This document shows positions 38,550 through 52,329 of a DNA stretch of 64,000 nucleotides, piece by piece. The stretch's first letter is position 1. Each line of letters begins with the position of its first letter. The stretch comes from Gnetum montanum (Eukaryota > Plantae > Gnetophyta), in assembly GCA_015680685.1 (NCBI GenBank), contig MNCI01002555.1:127337-191336 (forward strand), written 5' to 3'. Position numbers and translations under genes: made by a program. The notes under the pieces are model-generated. The model ran no database searches, was not told the origin of the DNA, and was given only the letters and a program-made list of their open reading frames with translations.

Positions 38550-41500
38550 GTAGCTTTTTTGTCTCTATGGTGGTTATAACCACCCAAAATTTTTGTAACT
38601 TACCTAACTACCTATGAGACCCTATAAAAGGGCTTCAAGGGTAGGAAGGGAAGCGGGGTTTGGAGGTCTCACATCACTTGGGGTCTCATTTTTGGATCAC
38701 TCAAGATCACACTCGAGATCACACACTTGGGGTCACACATTGTGAAAGATTGCTTGTAAGATGGCTTGCTAAAGAAAAGATTTCAGCTTCTTTGTCATAG
38801 TCCTGTGAGTTATGCTTATTGTTTTTTATTTTGTTTAAATGGTTTAGCTAGTGGTTTAGATAGTATCATCCTTGGCAAGTAATTTTTGGATTTTTAGATT
38901 GCTCTTATTGTTCTTGTTACCGGATAGAAATTTCTGTTAAAATTTTGCCATAGAAGCGCTTGTGTTTAAAAGACTTAAGGGCATTTTAGTAGCAAATTTG
39001 ATTATTGTGCAACATATAAGAACTGCTATTGGGATTGTTGTAAGAGAGCCTCTACTTGTAGTCATGCCGTTGAACGATTCAATAGTCAAGAGGGTTTAGA
39101 AAATATTTGGTATTTTGATGGGACCAGAATAGCTTCTTTTTATCTTTAAAGTGAATCTCCATGGTATTTCAATCAGAAATTGTTAAGTCTTTTGAAGGTT
39201 CTATTGAATGCAATTGTTGACGTCCATTATCTAGACAAAAATGGAGTCTCGTACGTGATAGTTTACGCAGCAATTTTTTTTTTGGTAGCATAGTAGGATT
39301 TTCTTGAAGAAATTGCTTATTTGAGCCTTGGAAGTTTGAACAATTCATAGTTATTGAATTTGGGATAGCTTTATTGCAAAGTGTTTACTTGTGTCATTTT
39401 ACCTTATTTAAATATTTGAGGTCCACACAAATCTGCTTTCTTTTCTATCTATTTCCATTGAATCTTGCTCTATTTCTAGTTTTCTTGTGGAACTTTTTCT
39501 TTCTCTGGGGAAAATTAGAAGTAGATTTGTAGAGTTGTGCTCAAATGTTTTTGCAAAATTTTATTTGTTACAAGTAGGTATTATAAGGACCGCGTAGACT
39601 AGGCAATTAAACAAAATAGGAACTCTCAACAACTCACAATACTTGGCAAAGTTGGTTGAATCTCTTTAATATAAGTCATTTGTAGTTTACGCACAACGCA
39701 ATCGTTTCATATTTCACAACTGCACACCACAACAGCACACACACATACTTACATTAACTACTGAGTCTATTTGGAGGTATCTGGGCCTTGGTGTTTCCAA
39801 AGACTAGCAAGCACCTAAATCCTGTTCGAGGACACTCATTGGCAGTCGTGTCCCAAATGGTCGCCAACATATAGTAACCCCCCAAATTTGAGCATCCATC
39901 TTACCAAAACAAGGTAGAAATTGGCAGTCAATTTACAACCATTTTGCAATCCCATTCATGGCCCAAAACCTATAAAAACCAACCTCAAACACCATTTGCA
40001 GGTTCAACACTTTTATACTTACACACACTTTGGGAAATTTTCAATAGGTTTTACTTATTGGCACTTGAATACATTAAGCATACACACATTTTTTCAAGCA
40101 ATAATTATGCACTTGGGGGGCATTTTAAAGCACTCAAGAGCTCTTGCGATCTCCCAAGTTTACATTCTCTTAAACCCCCAACATGGAAGCATTATCATCC
40201 TAAGATTTGTGGATTTTTAGTATCAACATTGCACTCTTGGAATTTCCAAACCCCAACGTGGAGCAATCTAGCATCTAAATGTTCCACTTTTCTCACCCCC
40301 AGCAATAGCCAATGTTGCAAATTTGAAATTGTAGCACCAGAGGTTCAATAACATTAGGAGTGGTAGGACATCAAAATCGTGGAGTTAACTACATTGAGTT
40401 AAGTAGACCTTGAACCCTCATCCAAGTGAACCCTACTTGCTGCCCATTTAGGCATCATTTATACACATTTCTCTAACTTATTCTTTATTTTTATTAATAA
40501 AGTTTTAAGTTTTAAGTTTTGTGTGAAAAATATATTTGTTTATTTTTTGTGCATTATTCAAATCTGTTATCAGTTTTTGCATTTCATTTCACTACATATT
40601 TTTGCAAACCATCCAAGTCCCTAGTTGATCTACCAAACTAGCTAGGATGCCCTGAATCCCATTTTTTCATGGAGGACGTGGGGATTCATGGGTTGAGAAA
40701 TTTTTGTGCACTGGATCTCCTTCGATTTTTTCCAATGATCAAATTTTTCGATCATAATAGTCTTTTTACATAATGATATTTCATTCCAATTGTTAAGATA
40801 TTCTACAAGAATTAAATACAACATGAGATAAAATAAAATAATTAGTTACATGTGCTTAAATATTTTATAGATTATACAAATTTCTATCCTATTGGTAAAA
40901 CCTATTCTTCTTTTAAAGTTAGTCTTCATATCATCATCATCATACTTGTAACATCCCATTCCCAAATATCATGACAAACATCAAATATAAATTATATTTA
41001 ATATTATATGTATTGAACATGACAAGGAAAATATAGAATAAAATGAAAAAAATTGTATTTATAATGAAATAAAAAATGAATAAGTGTATTTGGATAATTC
41101 TTTGAGGTTTCCTAGGGTTGTCTTTCTTCAACACATATCCCTTAGAGGTAATCCAATCTTGGCATCATCATTAGGCCTAGACACAACCAAACTGGATGAC
41201 CAAGTCCCTTCTTGTCCCATTTCACTTGTCTATTACTTGCTCTTATTGGCTTTGCAACTCCATATTGGAATGACTTTTAAGTTATCGATAAAAATACCTT
41301 AAGTAAAACCTATAAAGATCACCTTAAAAGATATGTTCATAATTATAACAATCTCTTTAATTAAGGATATTTTAATAATAATTAAACCTCCTTATTATAG
41401 AAAAACACCATTAGAAAATAGGGACATGATAAACTACCCTTTTAGCTTTTGTTCATCCTTGAACAAGTTTACACAAGGATCTTTCTTCATACCCTAATGC

Positions 41501-42831
41501 TTTGATTTCTTATTTTAAATAGGATTTTAATATTTTCTTGCTTAATTTTTAATGAAAATATAAGTGAAGAAAATATTTAAAAAAATTAAATATATCATAT
41601 TAATAACTAATATCATGTCTTCTAGCAATAATAAGAGTTAAATGAAAGATCTACCAACTATCAATCATAAGTACTAACCAAATTTACACTATGTATATCT
41701 CATGTTCTCTAGTTACCCAAGTGAAGGTAGGAAAAATATTTGTTTCCAAATTCTAGTGCCCAAGAATATTTTACATATCTAATTTTCAGAATATAAAATA
41801 CATATAGAAATAAAAATAATAATAATAAAAAGATTAAGAAACCCCATGTTCTTTCTAGAAGATCACATAACCATACATGTTATGTTGCACAATAGGCTAG
41901 TTTATAGTGGTATTCATGTTAGTTCAAGATCCAAGGTGGATATGTAGGATGTTTTCTTTCATTGCATAGAGTTATCTCAATCACATTGTATTTTGTGATT
42001 TTCAAGTAAACATTTTTCAAGGAAAATAGTCAAGTTGTTTATGTTAGTTCTAGTGAGAGAAACCAGACATCAAAAAGTATAATAAGAGAATTATGGGGAC
42101 AAGAACCATTGTTAAAAAAGAAAAAATGATTTTCAATCTTGTTCTAGTGAAATGGTGATCCAATCATGATCTTCTAACCTCTAAAAAATATTTTCAGCCA
42201 AAAGAAAACCTTCCATGATCTTACAATAGCATAGACCCCAAAAATGCTTAAGGTATACATAAGATGCTCATAAAAAAAATTAAAAAGAAACCTAAAAGCA
42301 AAAATATTAATTTTACTCGGGAAAATTAGGAGCTTGATCTTAAAAATGAGTGGCAAAAGCCTTAGGCCCTCTTAGAAGATGCTACATATGTAAACCTTAC
42401 ATAGAGTTGCTAGTGTCCTATCACTCATCATTTTGTAGGGTCACATTGATCCCAAGTAAGTAAAGAATGATTGATGGCTGTACTAGGTATTCCACATAAG
42501 GCACAAGAATATTTAGTGAGTATAGTGGCTATGTAGACAATGTTAATCAACCGTAAGACAATCATTTGGCTAGAAAAACTAAGGTATTATAGGCATGATT
42601 TATTCCAATAGTTCAAAGAAACTAATATCGACATTTGTCACTTAATCAAGGGGTGCATACATGGCTTGATAGCCTATTGGTATCCATCATATGGAACCAT
42701 AAGATGATGAGTATATAAGGTAGTTAGTGATAAATTCATTCCCTCAAGAATAGAACCTACAAGGTTTAAGAAAGATATCAAGTATCCAAGCTAATTATTA
42801 ACAACCAAGAGGAATCTATGTGAGGGATGCT

Positions 42832-44481
42832 TGTAATGACCAAAAACATCAACAACTGGAACATTGAGGTCCATGGGAGCATAGCCTAACCTCGAATCCA
42901 CATAAGGGCCCACTGGAGGTAGAGATAGGGTAACCTAAATGGTTTAGCTTATTGAATAGGAACTTACTAGATGTAATGAAGGTGCAATGTGATTAGCTAT
43001 AATGGTAATGCAAGATGGTACTAAGGGTGTAGTTAGTGTTTGTGGTGTTTACGGTGTCAGTGGGGTTGAGCATAGTTATAGGTTCCCAAGGGGATGAGTG
43101 TAGCCAAGGGTTTCAATGAGGCAAACAATGTCAATGCATGTGACCACTGCTTAAGCATGGTTTCAATCATGGCTACACAATAAAATGGCAAAAAATGTAA
43201 ATAAAATTCAAAGAATGCCAAGAAATAGAGAGAATGAAGTAGAGTAACAGCCTAAACGGGGTTGAGCATAGTTAATACTAAGAAGGGGATTAGAAGGTAT
43301 GTGATGTACAGTAGGTGTAGGTGGATAGCATAGTTATAGTCCCTGGGTTGTCTGGCTATGAATATTACTATTCTGCCAAGGCATCTATGTTTGCCAGGTT
43401 GGCCACCATAGTGTACTGCTAGATGCAATGTTCTACTATGCTACAAAGGTTTGTGGTGATCTACAACTTTGCTTGTTTACTATTTTGCTAATGTGCCCTT
43501 GATTCATAAAATTTGCTAACCACCTATTGAATTTTTATTTTGCTTCCCCTCCCTCTTCCCCCTCTTGCAAATATCGAAGATGTGGGTATTTATAGGTTTA
43601 GGATTAGTGGGGAATATAGGATGGATGCCACGTGGTGGATGGGATAGCTGGGACTACACTTAGCATAGTTACTATTCATGTGGTGTGTTGATGGTATTGA
43701 GCTTTAATGTGCTTTGCCAAACTCTACAAGACTATGACTACATTGCCAATTGCATGTGTGTGCATTGAGAGGATCACGAGATACCTTAAAAATGAAACTT
43801 AGAGACTACACTTTACAGGACTATGCTCTCCATGCTCTCATGTGGGGTCAAGCATAATTACAATTTTGTGGTAAAAGGGGATATAAAGAAGAAGTATTTT
43901 GCCAACTATGCTTGCCAAAGGTGAGTTGATTGCATTTTTTAGTTGAGCTAAGTGTCGTTGTTGCACTGTGGAGGCCACTGGAGAATTTCCTTGTTGACTA
44001 CACTCTTTTGAAAGGTGACTATGCTCTAGGCTGGGGATGAGCGTAGTCTTAATGCTGGTAGAATCTACAAGAAAAATGAATTTTTTGTAGACTACGCTCT
44101 CCCTAATAAGCTAACTATGCTCTCAACTAGGGATGAGCATAGTTTCGGGACTTGGCAAAACTTGTGAAAATGATCTTCTTTTGACTACGCTCTTCCTACA
44201 AGGTTGACTATGCTCTTAGCTAGGGTTGAGCATAGTCTTGGGACTTGGAAAAACTTGCAAAACTAGCTTTCTATTAACTATGCTCTCCTTGACTTTACTG
44301 TCTATGCTCTAGAATGGTGTGCTTGGGGGAAGAGCATAGTCTCAACACTTAGGCAAAATTTATAAAATTTTCCCTCTAACTAACTATGCTCTTTATGCTT
44401 TGTAGAGGGTTTGAGTCTAGTTCCCACACTTCATCAAAATTTGCAACTGGGATGTCGTAGTATAGATTTAATGGTGTTTCA
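42832..44481 (-). repeat. 3' LTR of C
   Basis: TG...CA termini; TATA CCTATAAATACC at ~43585-43596; ACTACGCTC motif cluster at 43800-44395. Confidence 0.85.
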
Positions 44482-44496
44482 TTGGTCCCTCTTTGT
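44482..44496 (-). promoter_or_regulatory. Polypurine tract of C
   Basis: Minus-strand ACAAAGAGGGACCAA abuts TGAAACACC. Confidence 0.7.
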
Positions 44497-45611
44497 TGAT
44501 GTTTGAAGGAGTGGCCCAAGAGATGTTGAAAAAGAACAAAAAAACACCATAGTAGACTTGGCACCAACATTACTCTTCAATGTATGATCAAATGTCATTG
44601 CATTGTGCTCAAGAGTGTAGTGGATAGTGGTATGCTAGATGGTAGGTGAGAAGCAGGAGTAAAAGATGTAGGTGATGTGCTAAGGATAAAAGGAAAGATG
44701 ATGTGAAAATAGGATGTTATGATGCAAGGACATCATAGTTGATGGTGACCATGACACCAGAGTGGCTTGCCCTTGAAAACATTGATCTCTAATTAGAGTT
44801 TTTGTGAGAGAGTCAAGGTGTAGGTTCAAGGCTAAGCCGGTTGCAGAACTACTTTGCTACTGGATTTCTTGGCAATGTGCTTTTTTCCTTTGCATTTTTT
44901 TGTGGAGTGAACCTTCTTTTGGCTCTACACATTACTAAATGCTTACTGTGAAGTTCTTCCCATCAAGTGAGTTGCATGTCACTAAATGGGCTTTTGCTTT
45001 GTCATTGGTGAAACTGCATCGTGGTTGTACGATAGGTGTTTCCTCCCAAGGATGACTTACGTTACATCCACCTAGGATTTGATTAGTTGATAGAGGCTTT
45101 CTATATGATGATATATGTTATGTTTTCCTTGGGCTCTGAAGCTTCACTTGAAGAGGGTGCCATGTGGTCACATCACATGGACATCAAAAATGTTTGCAAT
45201 CTTTGCTATGTAGGGAATGAAAGAGTATTGGGATATAAGAGTAGATGTGAGTAGGCTATAATAGGATAATAGGGATATGCATTGTTGAGAGGTTTAGCTA
45301 GTCCAATCATGCACATCAGAGCAATGTGTTGACTTGTTGCTATGATGAGATGCACCTTTGCATGACTGCTTGGGGCTTTATCCTACAAACACGACTTTGA
45401 GAAGATGAGAATACCACATAATACATAAATGAAAATAGATTGCAAATGAAAAAATGCAGAAGGCCACATCAATGACATAAGTTGTGTAGATTGTAAGTGC
45501 TTGATTATGAAACTACAATGTGCTTACTCACTTGATGCAGAAGGAGGGTTGTAGTATGCTTGCTCACTTGCTTGTAGAAGGATGAAAAGAGTTATTAATG
45601 ACTAGCCACAA

Positions 45612-45840
45612 ACCCAGTCTAAGGTCTTGGTAGACCATGGATTTACTAGTTTATAGTCCTAGTGGACTACTCTGTGCTAGTTTAATTGTCATAGTAGATG
45701 ACTATGCTATTTTAACATCTTAATGGATGTGTTGTGCTAGTTTAATGTTGTAGTAGATGAGCTATGTTTAGAGTCATAGGGGACTACCAATTTATAGTCA
45801 TAGAAAACCTCTATGCCAATTTAATGTCATAGTAGATTAG
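45612..45840 (-). repeat. Hairpin-TTAAACT array after the integrase stop (C), ~8 units
   Basis: Minus strand AGTC-CACTAG-GACT-ATAAACTAG, GGTC-TACCAA-GACC-TTAGACT and CATC-CATTAA-GATG-TTAAAATAG. Confidence 0.75.
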
Positions 45841-45876
45841 TGCTTACCTTGCTTCATTAATGTGCCATGCTACATG

Positions 45877-48800
45877 CTAGATGTATTATGGTTTCAAGTG
45901 TAAATGATTTACTAGATTGGAAAGCTCATTTCCATCTTGATTAGAAAGCTTGAATGCTCTATTGTTGTAGGCCTTAGTGACCAGGAAAGGCCCTTTTTAG
46001 TTGGCTAAGAATTTATATGCAGGTTCACAAAAAACCTTTATGACTAGGTCCCCTTTTCTAATCGAGTGTTGATGTTGGTTGTGATGATGCTTTTGTCATT
46101 GCCTTTCTTGATACCATTCAATGCAATCAAGCATACACATGTGCTTCTCCTCCATTGATTCAAGGTCTACAGTTCTCAACTCATTGTTCTGACAATTGTT
46201 GATGAATTCCAAGAGGATTACTTAGAGTGATGGAACCTACAATTCAAGTGGAAAAACTACTTTAGATCCATAGATGAGTTACAAAGCATCATACTTGTTG
46301 TTGTTCGATGTGTCACGTGGTAGGCCCAAAGTGCATAGACTAGTTGCTCATGCCATCATCATTTGCTATTTCTTAGCATCTTCTTGAGGAGGCTGATGAT
46401 GACCTTGTTAGTGGCCTATGCTTAGCCATTTGTGTGAGGGTAGTATGGTGATGAAAAGGAGTGCTTGATGCCAAAGTGATCACAAAAGGCTTTGATTTCA
46501 ATGCTACTAAACTACGTTCCATTGTTTGTTACTATGGTCATGGGTAAGCTAAAATGGATCACTATGTTGTCCAACATGAACTTGCAAGCTTGCTACAATG
46601 TCATCTTCCTAAGGGGAATAGCTTCAACCCACTTGGTGAAATATTCCATTGTAATTATTATGAAGCTATGCCCTATGGAGGACTTGGGCATTATGGGTCC
46701 AATGTCTAGGCCCTAGCATATGAATGGCCACTTGATTTGCATTGTATGTAATTCAATTGGTGGCACATGCATTAAGTTGCTATGCTACTAACAAGTGTTG
46801 CACGTTTTAACTTTCCAGGCATAGTTGCTCTCCATGTAAGGCTAATAGTAGCCTAGCCATATGATTTTACTACCATTTCCCTAGGTGCTATGTGACCTTT
46901 GAACAATCCTTCGTGGACTTGCTTAACAATTTTTTTGGCTTCATTTTTTCTTATGCAAGTTAGAAGTATGCCATTGTAGGATCTGCAACATAATGTGTTA
47001 TCACCTATGATGACATACTACCATGAACATTTGTGTACTATGTCCTTTTGAGCAAGAGTTAAGTGTTTCAGAGGCTCACCTTGTAGAAGGTACACGTTGA
47101 TGTCATCATACCATTCTTTTGCATGGGTGGTGCTAAATGTGGCTATGGATGCATCTTTGATGGTTTGTGTGATAGGTGCAATGCAATCCACCACCAAGGT
47201 GGACAATGGCATTTTCTCTTTGGGGAACATGTTGGGCATCGACAACTACAAAGTATTAGAGCAAGTGTTTTTCCAGGTTGTAGTATGGCTATAAATGTTA
47301 TGCTTTGTAGGTATAATTCTCTATTACTGGATCGACCACTAGTTGTGAATCACCTTGGATCACTATGCATTGGATCCCTAGATCACCTGTCATAAGGATG
47401 CCTCAGAGAAGGCCTTCATACTCTACTATGTTGTTGGTGCAAGGAAATGCAAAATAATATGTGAAGGATCAAATCTCCCTAGAGGAAACCATGATAATAG
47501 TAGTGGTGCTACCCCCTCAAGAGGTTGAAGCTTTGTAAAAATACAAGAGCACCTCATAATTATTAGGAACTTGGCTAATACTACTAACATGCTCATCCAA
47601 GAACTCAAGGTCTATCGTAGCTTGATCATCTATTGGTGAAGCTATGAGTTGTATGGCTATTTCTTAACCTTTCGTTGAGGCTTGTGTGACATAATGCAAG
47701 TCAAACTTTGCTATTATTGCTTTCCACCATGCAATGTAACTACTTTCATAGATATTTGTTGTTATAGCTCAGAGTACATTGCTCTTACGAATGATGTTAA
47801 CTTGGCTACAGAAAAGGTAATTTCTCCACTTCTTTAGTGAGAAGACTAGGGCAAGGTGATACTTCTTCATGTCATTGTATCTTGTTTCATGGGTTACTAA
47901 TGCATGGCTTAGGTAGTAGACTAGGACCTCTGTGCCATCATCTTGCTTTTGGAAAAGTACAGAAGAAATGGATGTGTCAGAAGTGACAAGGTAGATGTAA
48001 AAAGGCTTATCTCCTTACAGAGGGTGAACCATAGGTAGTTGTGCTACCTCTTACCTAATGTTGTTGAATGCTTATTTTCCCTAAGGTTTCCACTCAAAGT
48101 GGGCTCCTTTCTTGAGAAAATGTTGCATTGGTTGTAGTTTGTCAGTTACCTAGGTGATAAACCTATGTATGAATTGTATTGTACCCTGCAACCCTTGTAG
48201 CTCTTTAAGGTTAATTGGTGGTGCTAAGTTGGTTATGGCCTTAACCTTATTGGGATCTATGTGTATACTTGCTTTAGATACTACAAAGCCTAGCATCCTA
48301 CTCATTTTGATGCCAAAAACATACTTCTTGACGTTTAACCTAAGCTCATGTTTTAGGTAGTGTTTAAGCACTAAGCCTAAGTCATTTGCATGGTTTTGGG
48401 CCACTTTGGACTTAATTGCAATATCATCTACATAGTCATTGAGCAAAATTAGCATGTAGTCACTAAAGATGTACATCATTACATGTTGGTATGTTGCTCC
48501 TATGTTCTTTAGTCCAAAAGGCATCATTGTGTAGTAAAACATACACTAGGGGGTCATGAAGGTTGTACTAAGCTGGTGCTCAAGGTTGATCCTAATTTGG
48601 TTGTAGCTTGATAACTCATCCATGAAGGATAATAAGGCATTTCCAACCATGATATCGATCAATTAATTAATATTTGGCAACAAAAAATCGTCTTTGATGG
48701 TTGCCTTGTTTAGGTTCCAAAAGTCTATGCAAATGCGTATACTTTTATTTTTCTTGGAAACAACCATGATGTTGGAGACCCAGTCTACATAGTCAATAGC

Positions 48801-49292
48801 CTAGATGAAACTAGCTCTATAAAGCTTGGTGATCTAGTCACAGATTGCCAATGCCACCTTAGGTCTAACCTTACGTGCTTTCTACTTAACTGGTTTGATG
48901 TAGGGATCAAGGATGATGTTATGCTAGACTAGTTGAGGATTTAGGCTTGGCATGTCCTTGTATGACCATGAAAATGCTTTGATGTTATCATTAAGTACTT
49001 TAATAGTGTCATGAGCATATTGATGTTCTAGCAAGGAGCTTAGTTTTAGCGTTCTACCCTCACCATTATTCATTACCATAGGGATCTTAACAAGGTGATC
49101 CTTTATGATGTTCCTTGCGTCTAGGTTGAGGGCATTAACTAGATGGTTAAGCTAGTCTAGTGGTGCTTCAATAGATGCTATGTACTCATTGTAGGTTGTA
49201 GGCTTGAGGTCTAGGAAATGAGGGTCAATGCATCACTTAATGTTTCCATAAGACCCCATGAGGACCAAAGGTGAGAAGATCTACTCCTGCAT
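45877..49292 (-). pseudogene. pol: pol of C: RT-RH-aRH-integrase (decayed)
   Basis: MPFGLKNIGATYQ, YVDD, aRH FPCTNNIVEYE...GDSQLV, integrase YFTKWVEAIPL. Confidence 0.9.
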
Positions 49293-49730
49293 AGCTATGT
49301 TGTGTTCCTGCAAAATAATCCTAAAAATTATCAAATGGCACCTATTTGAAAATGTTAATATGCACAAATGAGAAAATAAATCCAATGAAATTTGCTTAAT
49401 CATGCATGTAAATCTCTCTAGGAGGTAAACATGTTTATGCCAGTTTTAGGTCTTAGTGGACCACGGATGCACCAAACATGCCATTCTGGGGAGGGTTGTT
49501 CATGCTTGGTAGTGGAGTTAACTTGCATGTTTGTAGGATGATGAAAAATCATTTTTTTGGGCTCAAGATGGTTGACTACACTCTCACCCAACTACACTTT
49601 TCACACTTGGCAATGGGCCACTTGGTGGTGAGTGTAATCCTAGGTTGGTGGATCATTAATGACTTTAGGAGAGTATAGAAATGTAGTTTGACCATGGTAA
49701 CTCATCATTTATACCTTTAATCATGATGCT

Positions 49731-51601
49731 TAAAAAACACCACAAAAAATTTTGGCCTGGCACTTTTAGACAGGACTCAAGCTAAGTCATGCCGCTGCCC
49801 AACATGAGTACAACATGACCAACTTTGGGAGCCCTAAGATCAGGTCCAAACAATCCTAATTTGCGCCCACGGGCCCTCCATGAGCTTCACTGATGCCCCC
49901 TGTAGCTCCCAGCCTTCGAAACCTCAAAATTCAAGCTCAGAATCACATGTTTTGAGCCACTTTTAGTTAGTCACTCTGAGGTCACACTGCACAACGTGAC
50001 CAAACAAGAATAGCTTAATTTGGGCATCTCCAGGCAGAATTTTGGCATGAATTCAACTCTTGGGAGCTAGGCAGAAATTGTACATGTTCACAGGATCCAG
50101 AAAATTGAAATTTGGGCCTCAAAAATGGCATTTTTAGTTAGTCACACTGAGGTCACGCTGTATAGCATGACCACAGCATGACCAACCAAAAATAGGGTAC
50201 ACCAAGTAGTTCCAGGTCTAGTTTCAACATGAACTCAATCCCCAAGGGATAGGCAACAATTGTACTAACTCTCAAGCTTCAGAAAATCTAGATTTGGGCT
50301 TCAAATGTACCATTTTATCTTGGTCATGCTAAGGTCACGCTGTAGAGCATGACCAAAAAAAAGATGACCAAAACAGCAATAAAATGAGGTCAAATTCAGC
50401 ATCCAGGCAACCTTGGAGAGCAGGCAGTAGTTGAGCATCAACAAGCAAGCATCAGCATTTGAAAATTAGCTCAAAGTAGACGTGCAAAACACTCTTGACC
50501 TCAAGCATGCAGATCCACTCCAAAATGGATCTCATAGGTCAAAAATGGGCTCAAAATGCATCATAAATATTGGACACGCTGATGGTCACACTGGCACATT
50601 GACACCAGCATATGCACAGTGTAAACACTTGGACACGCTGGACACTGACATGCTGGGACACCAAATGCTAGATGTTGATGCCAAGACACGCTGCAGACAT
50701 ACTAGAGCTAGATCCATGCATGATGAAGGCCTTGGTAGAGCAAAAATAGCACAGATCTATAGATCCGAAGGCCAGACATCCATATCCACTCATGTACTTT
50801 AACATTCTTTGTACATCTTGCATTTTTCAGCGTATCAAGCTCTTACGTTGTGGATTACACATGCCAGCCTAAGAGATCTTGGTCATGCCACATCCTATAC
50901 ATTGTAAAATTCTATGCATCTGGTCAAAACGTTCACACTTGTCACCTAATCCGCATTTCTCGCACCAGTAACCATTGATCTTCCACACAGATCTGAATCC
51001 CGCACTCAAACTTGCATAAATACCCCGATCTCACACTAAACTAGGGTTGGAAATTTTGGGAGAAGGGAGATTTAGAGAGTTGGCAAATCTCATCATCATT
51101 ATCTTGTACTATTGGGCATTACCCAGACTTGGTCATGCTGAGCAGTTAGGACAATTCTGGGCACGCTGCACACCTGCAACCAGGAACTTGCAACCCCCCA
51201 CTATCCGTATACCCTTCACATCAGGGCTAAATGTCCACCTTGCGATCCATCTGCAACTGCATTCTGACCAGTGCACTTTCTATACTTTTTAATACAAATA
51301 GTTCATTTTTTCCTGCAATTGTTTGCGATTTTCGTTCTGCGCACATTCTATGCTATTTTCACTTTATTCAAACAGTTTACACTTGTTACATATGTAACAT
51401 TTAGTTTACATATTTTTTTACATATAACCCAATGCATTGTAATTTGCATACATTAGTGGAAGTCCTTGTTTGATCCGCGGCACTCTACCTTCGTTTATTT
51501 TCAGCTTGCCCTTGCACAAAGGCAAGGTCTTACTATGTTTTCCGTAGATCTCTTGGCATCTTTTTTATTCCACCCTTGCACCGACGATTTTGGACGGTAC
51601 T
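49731..51601 (+). repeat. 5' LTR of D
   Basis: ~180-bp subrepeats with GTCACGCTG/CAGCATGACC; TATA-like CATAAATACCCC at ~51015; ends just before the PBS. Confidence 0.8.
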
Positions 51602-51607
51602 GTAAAT

Positions 51608-51624
51608 TAGCGCTAGAAGGAGGG
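51608..51624 (+). promoter_or_regulatory. Primer binding site (tRNA-Asn type)
   Basis: TAGCGCTAGAAGGAGGG, 16/17 match to TGGCGCTAGAAGGAGGG. Confidence 0.85.
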
Positions 51625-52329
51625 CTGATTTGCATCCGCTTCTCAGCATCCCAGATCCAGAGTTCATATGCTACCTTGTTGTCAGTGTTCCCACATTGCC
51701 CTATTCCTAGTGTCCATTAAACCCTTCTCTCTTAGTCCCAGAAGTTGTTTCTAACTTTCTATACACGTTGCTATTTGAACCACAACGTCCTACACTCTAT
51801 TCTCAAATCTTGATGCTGCTCGCAGCATCCTGCACTCTGTTCTAGCATCAGACATTGTTCACAGTGTCTTTCATCATATTCTTCCTTATCAAATGCTGTT
51901 AACAGCGTCTAGCAACTTGATTTTCCCTCCCAGATGCTGCACTTAGCATCCACATGCTGTCCCACAAGTCAGACACTACATTTTAAACTCACTTGCATTT
52001 TAGCATTTCAGTTTCCAGGCAACATGCTTTACTTCAACGTTCACATGTTGTTTTCCCTTTTCAAAGTTACACATTGCCTCAGTTTAAGGTGGACACGCTC
52101 TAGCTTGTTTAGCATACACGTTGAAACGTTGTAGTATCATACGTTACTCATATCATCTCATATGCTATCTATTCTTCATTTCGCTTCCTATACTTGTCAT
52201 ACGCTGCTCATAGTTTCTTGCCATATGCTGCATATTTCACACACGGTTGACCATATGCTGTTGACACTTAGCATGAATTTTCTCTATCTTACACTCTAAT
52301 TCCTTCCATACGTTGTCTTCATAATCACT

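Larger units (their letters stand above)
36644..39869 (+). mobile_element. Solo LTR F (different family, same as E) carrying a host gene fragment
   Basis: Exact 5-bp TSD TATAG (36639-36643 / 39870-39874); ends ...TCGCCAACA; the last ~240 bp are the reverse complement of 63765-64000; TATA CCTATAAAAG at 38621. Confidence 0.8.
15674..40759 (+). mobile_element. Full-length ~25 kb Tat-type LTR retrotransposon B (old, decayed)
   Basis: Homologous LTRs 15674-16301 and 36016-40759; 5-bp TSD ATCTT (15669-15673) / GTCTT (40760-40764); PBS, gag-PR, spacer, RT-RH-aRH-IN, PPT. Confidence 0.9.
36016..40759 (+). repeat. 3' LTR of B (~1.5 kb native), split by solo LTR F
   Basis: Homology to the 5' LTR at both ends; TATA-like CCTATAAAAA at ~39969. 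Confidence 0.85.
42832..49730 (-). mobile_element. Tat-type element C (3' LTR, PPT, pol, end of spacer), interrupted by D
   Basis: LTR 42832-44481 reads TGAAACACC...GGTCATTACA on the minus strand; PPT present; pol homologous to B. Confidence 0.88.

Noticed and set aside
40925-42830. Possible further LINE/RTE fragments (ATC tail near 40930, KKDNPRKP-like translation)
   Set aside because: Too degenerate to support by eye.
42826-49731. Identical GATGCT before C's LTR end (42826-42831) and D's start (49725-49730) as a TSD pair
   Set aside because: They flank different elements in opposite orientations. A 6-bp match is compatible with chance or site preference.
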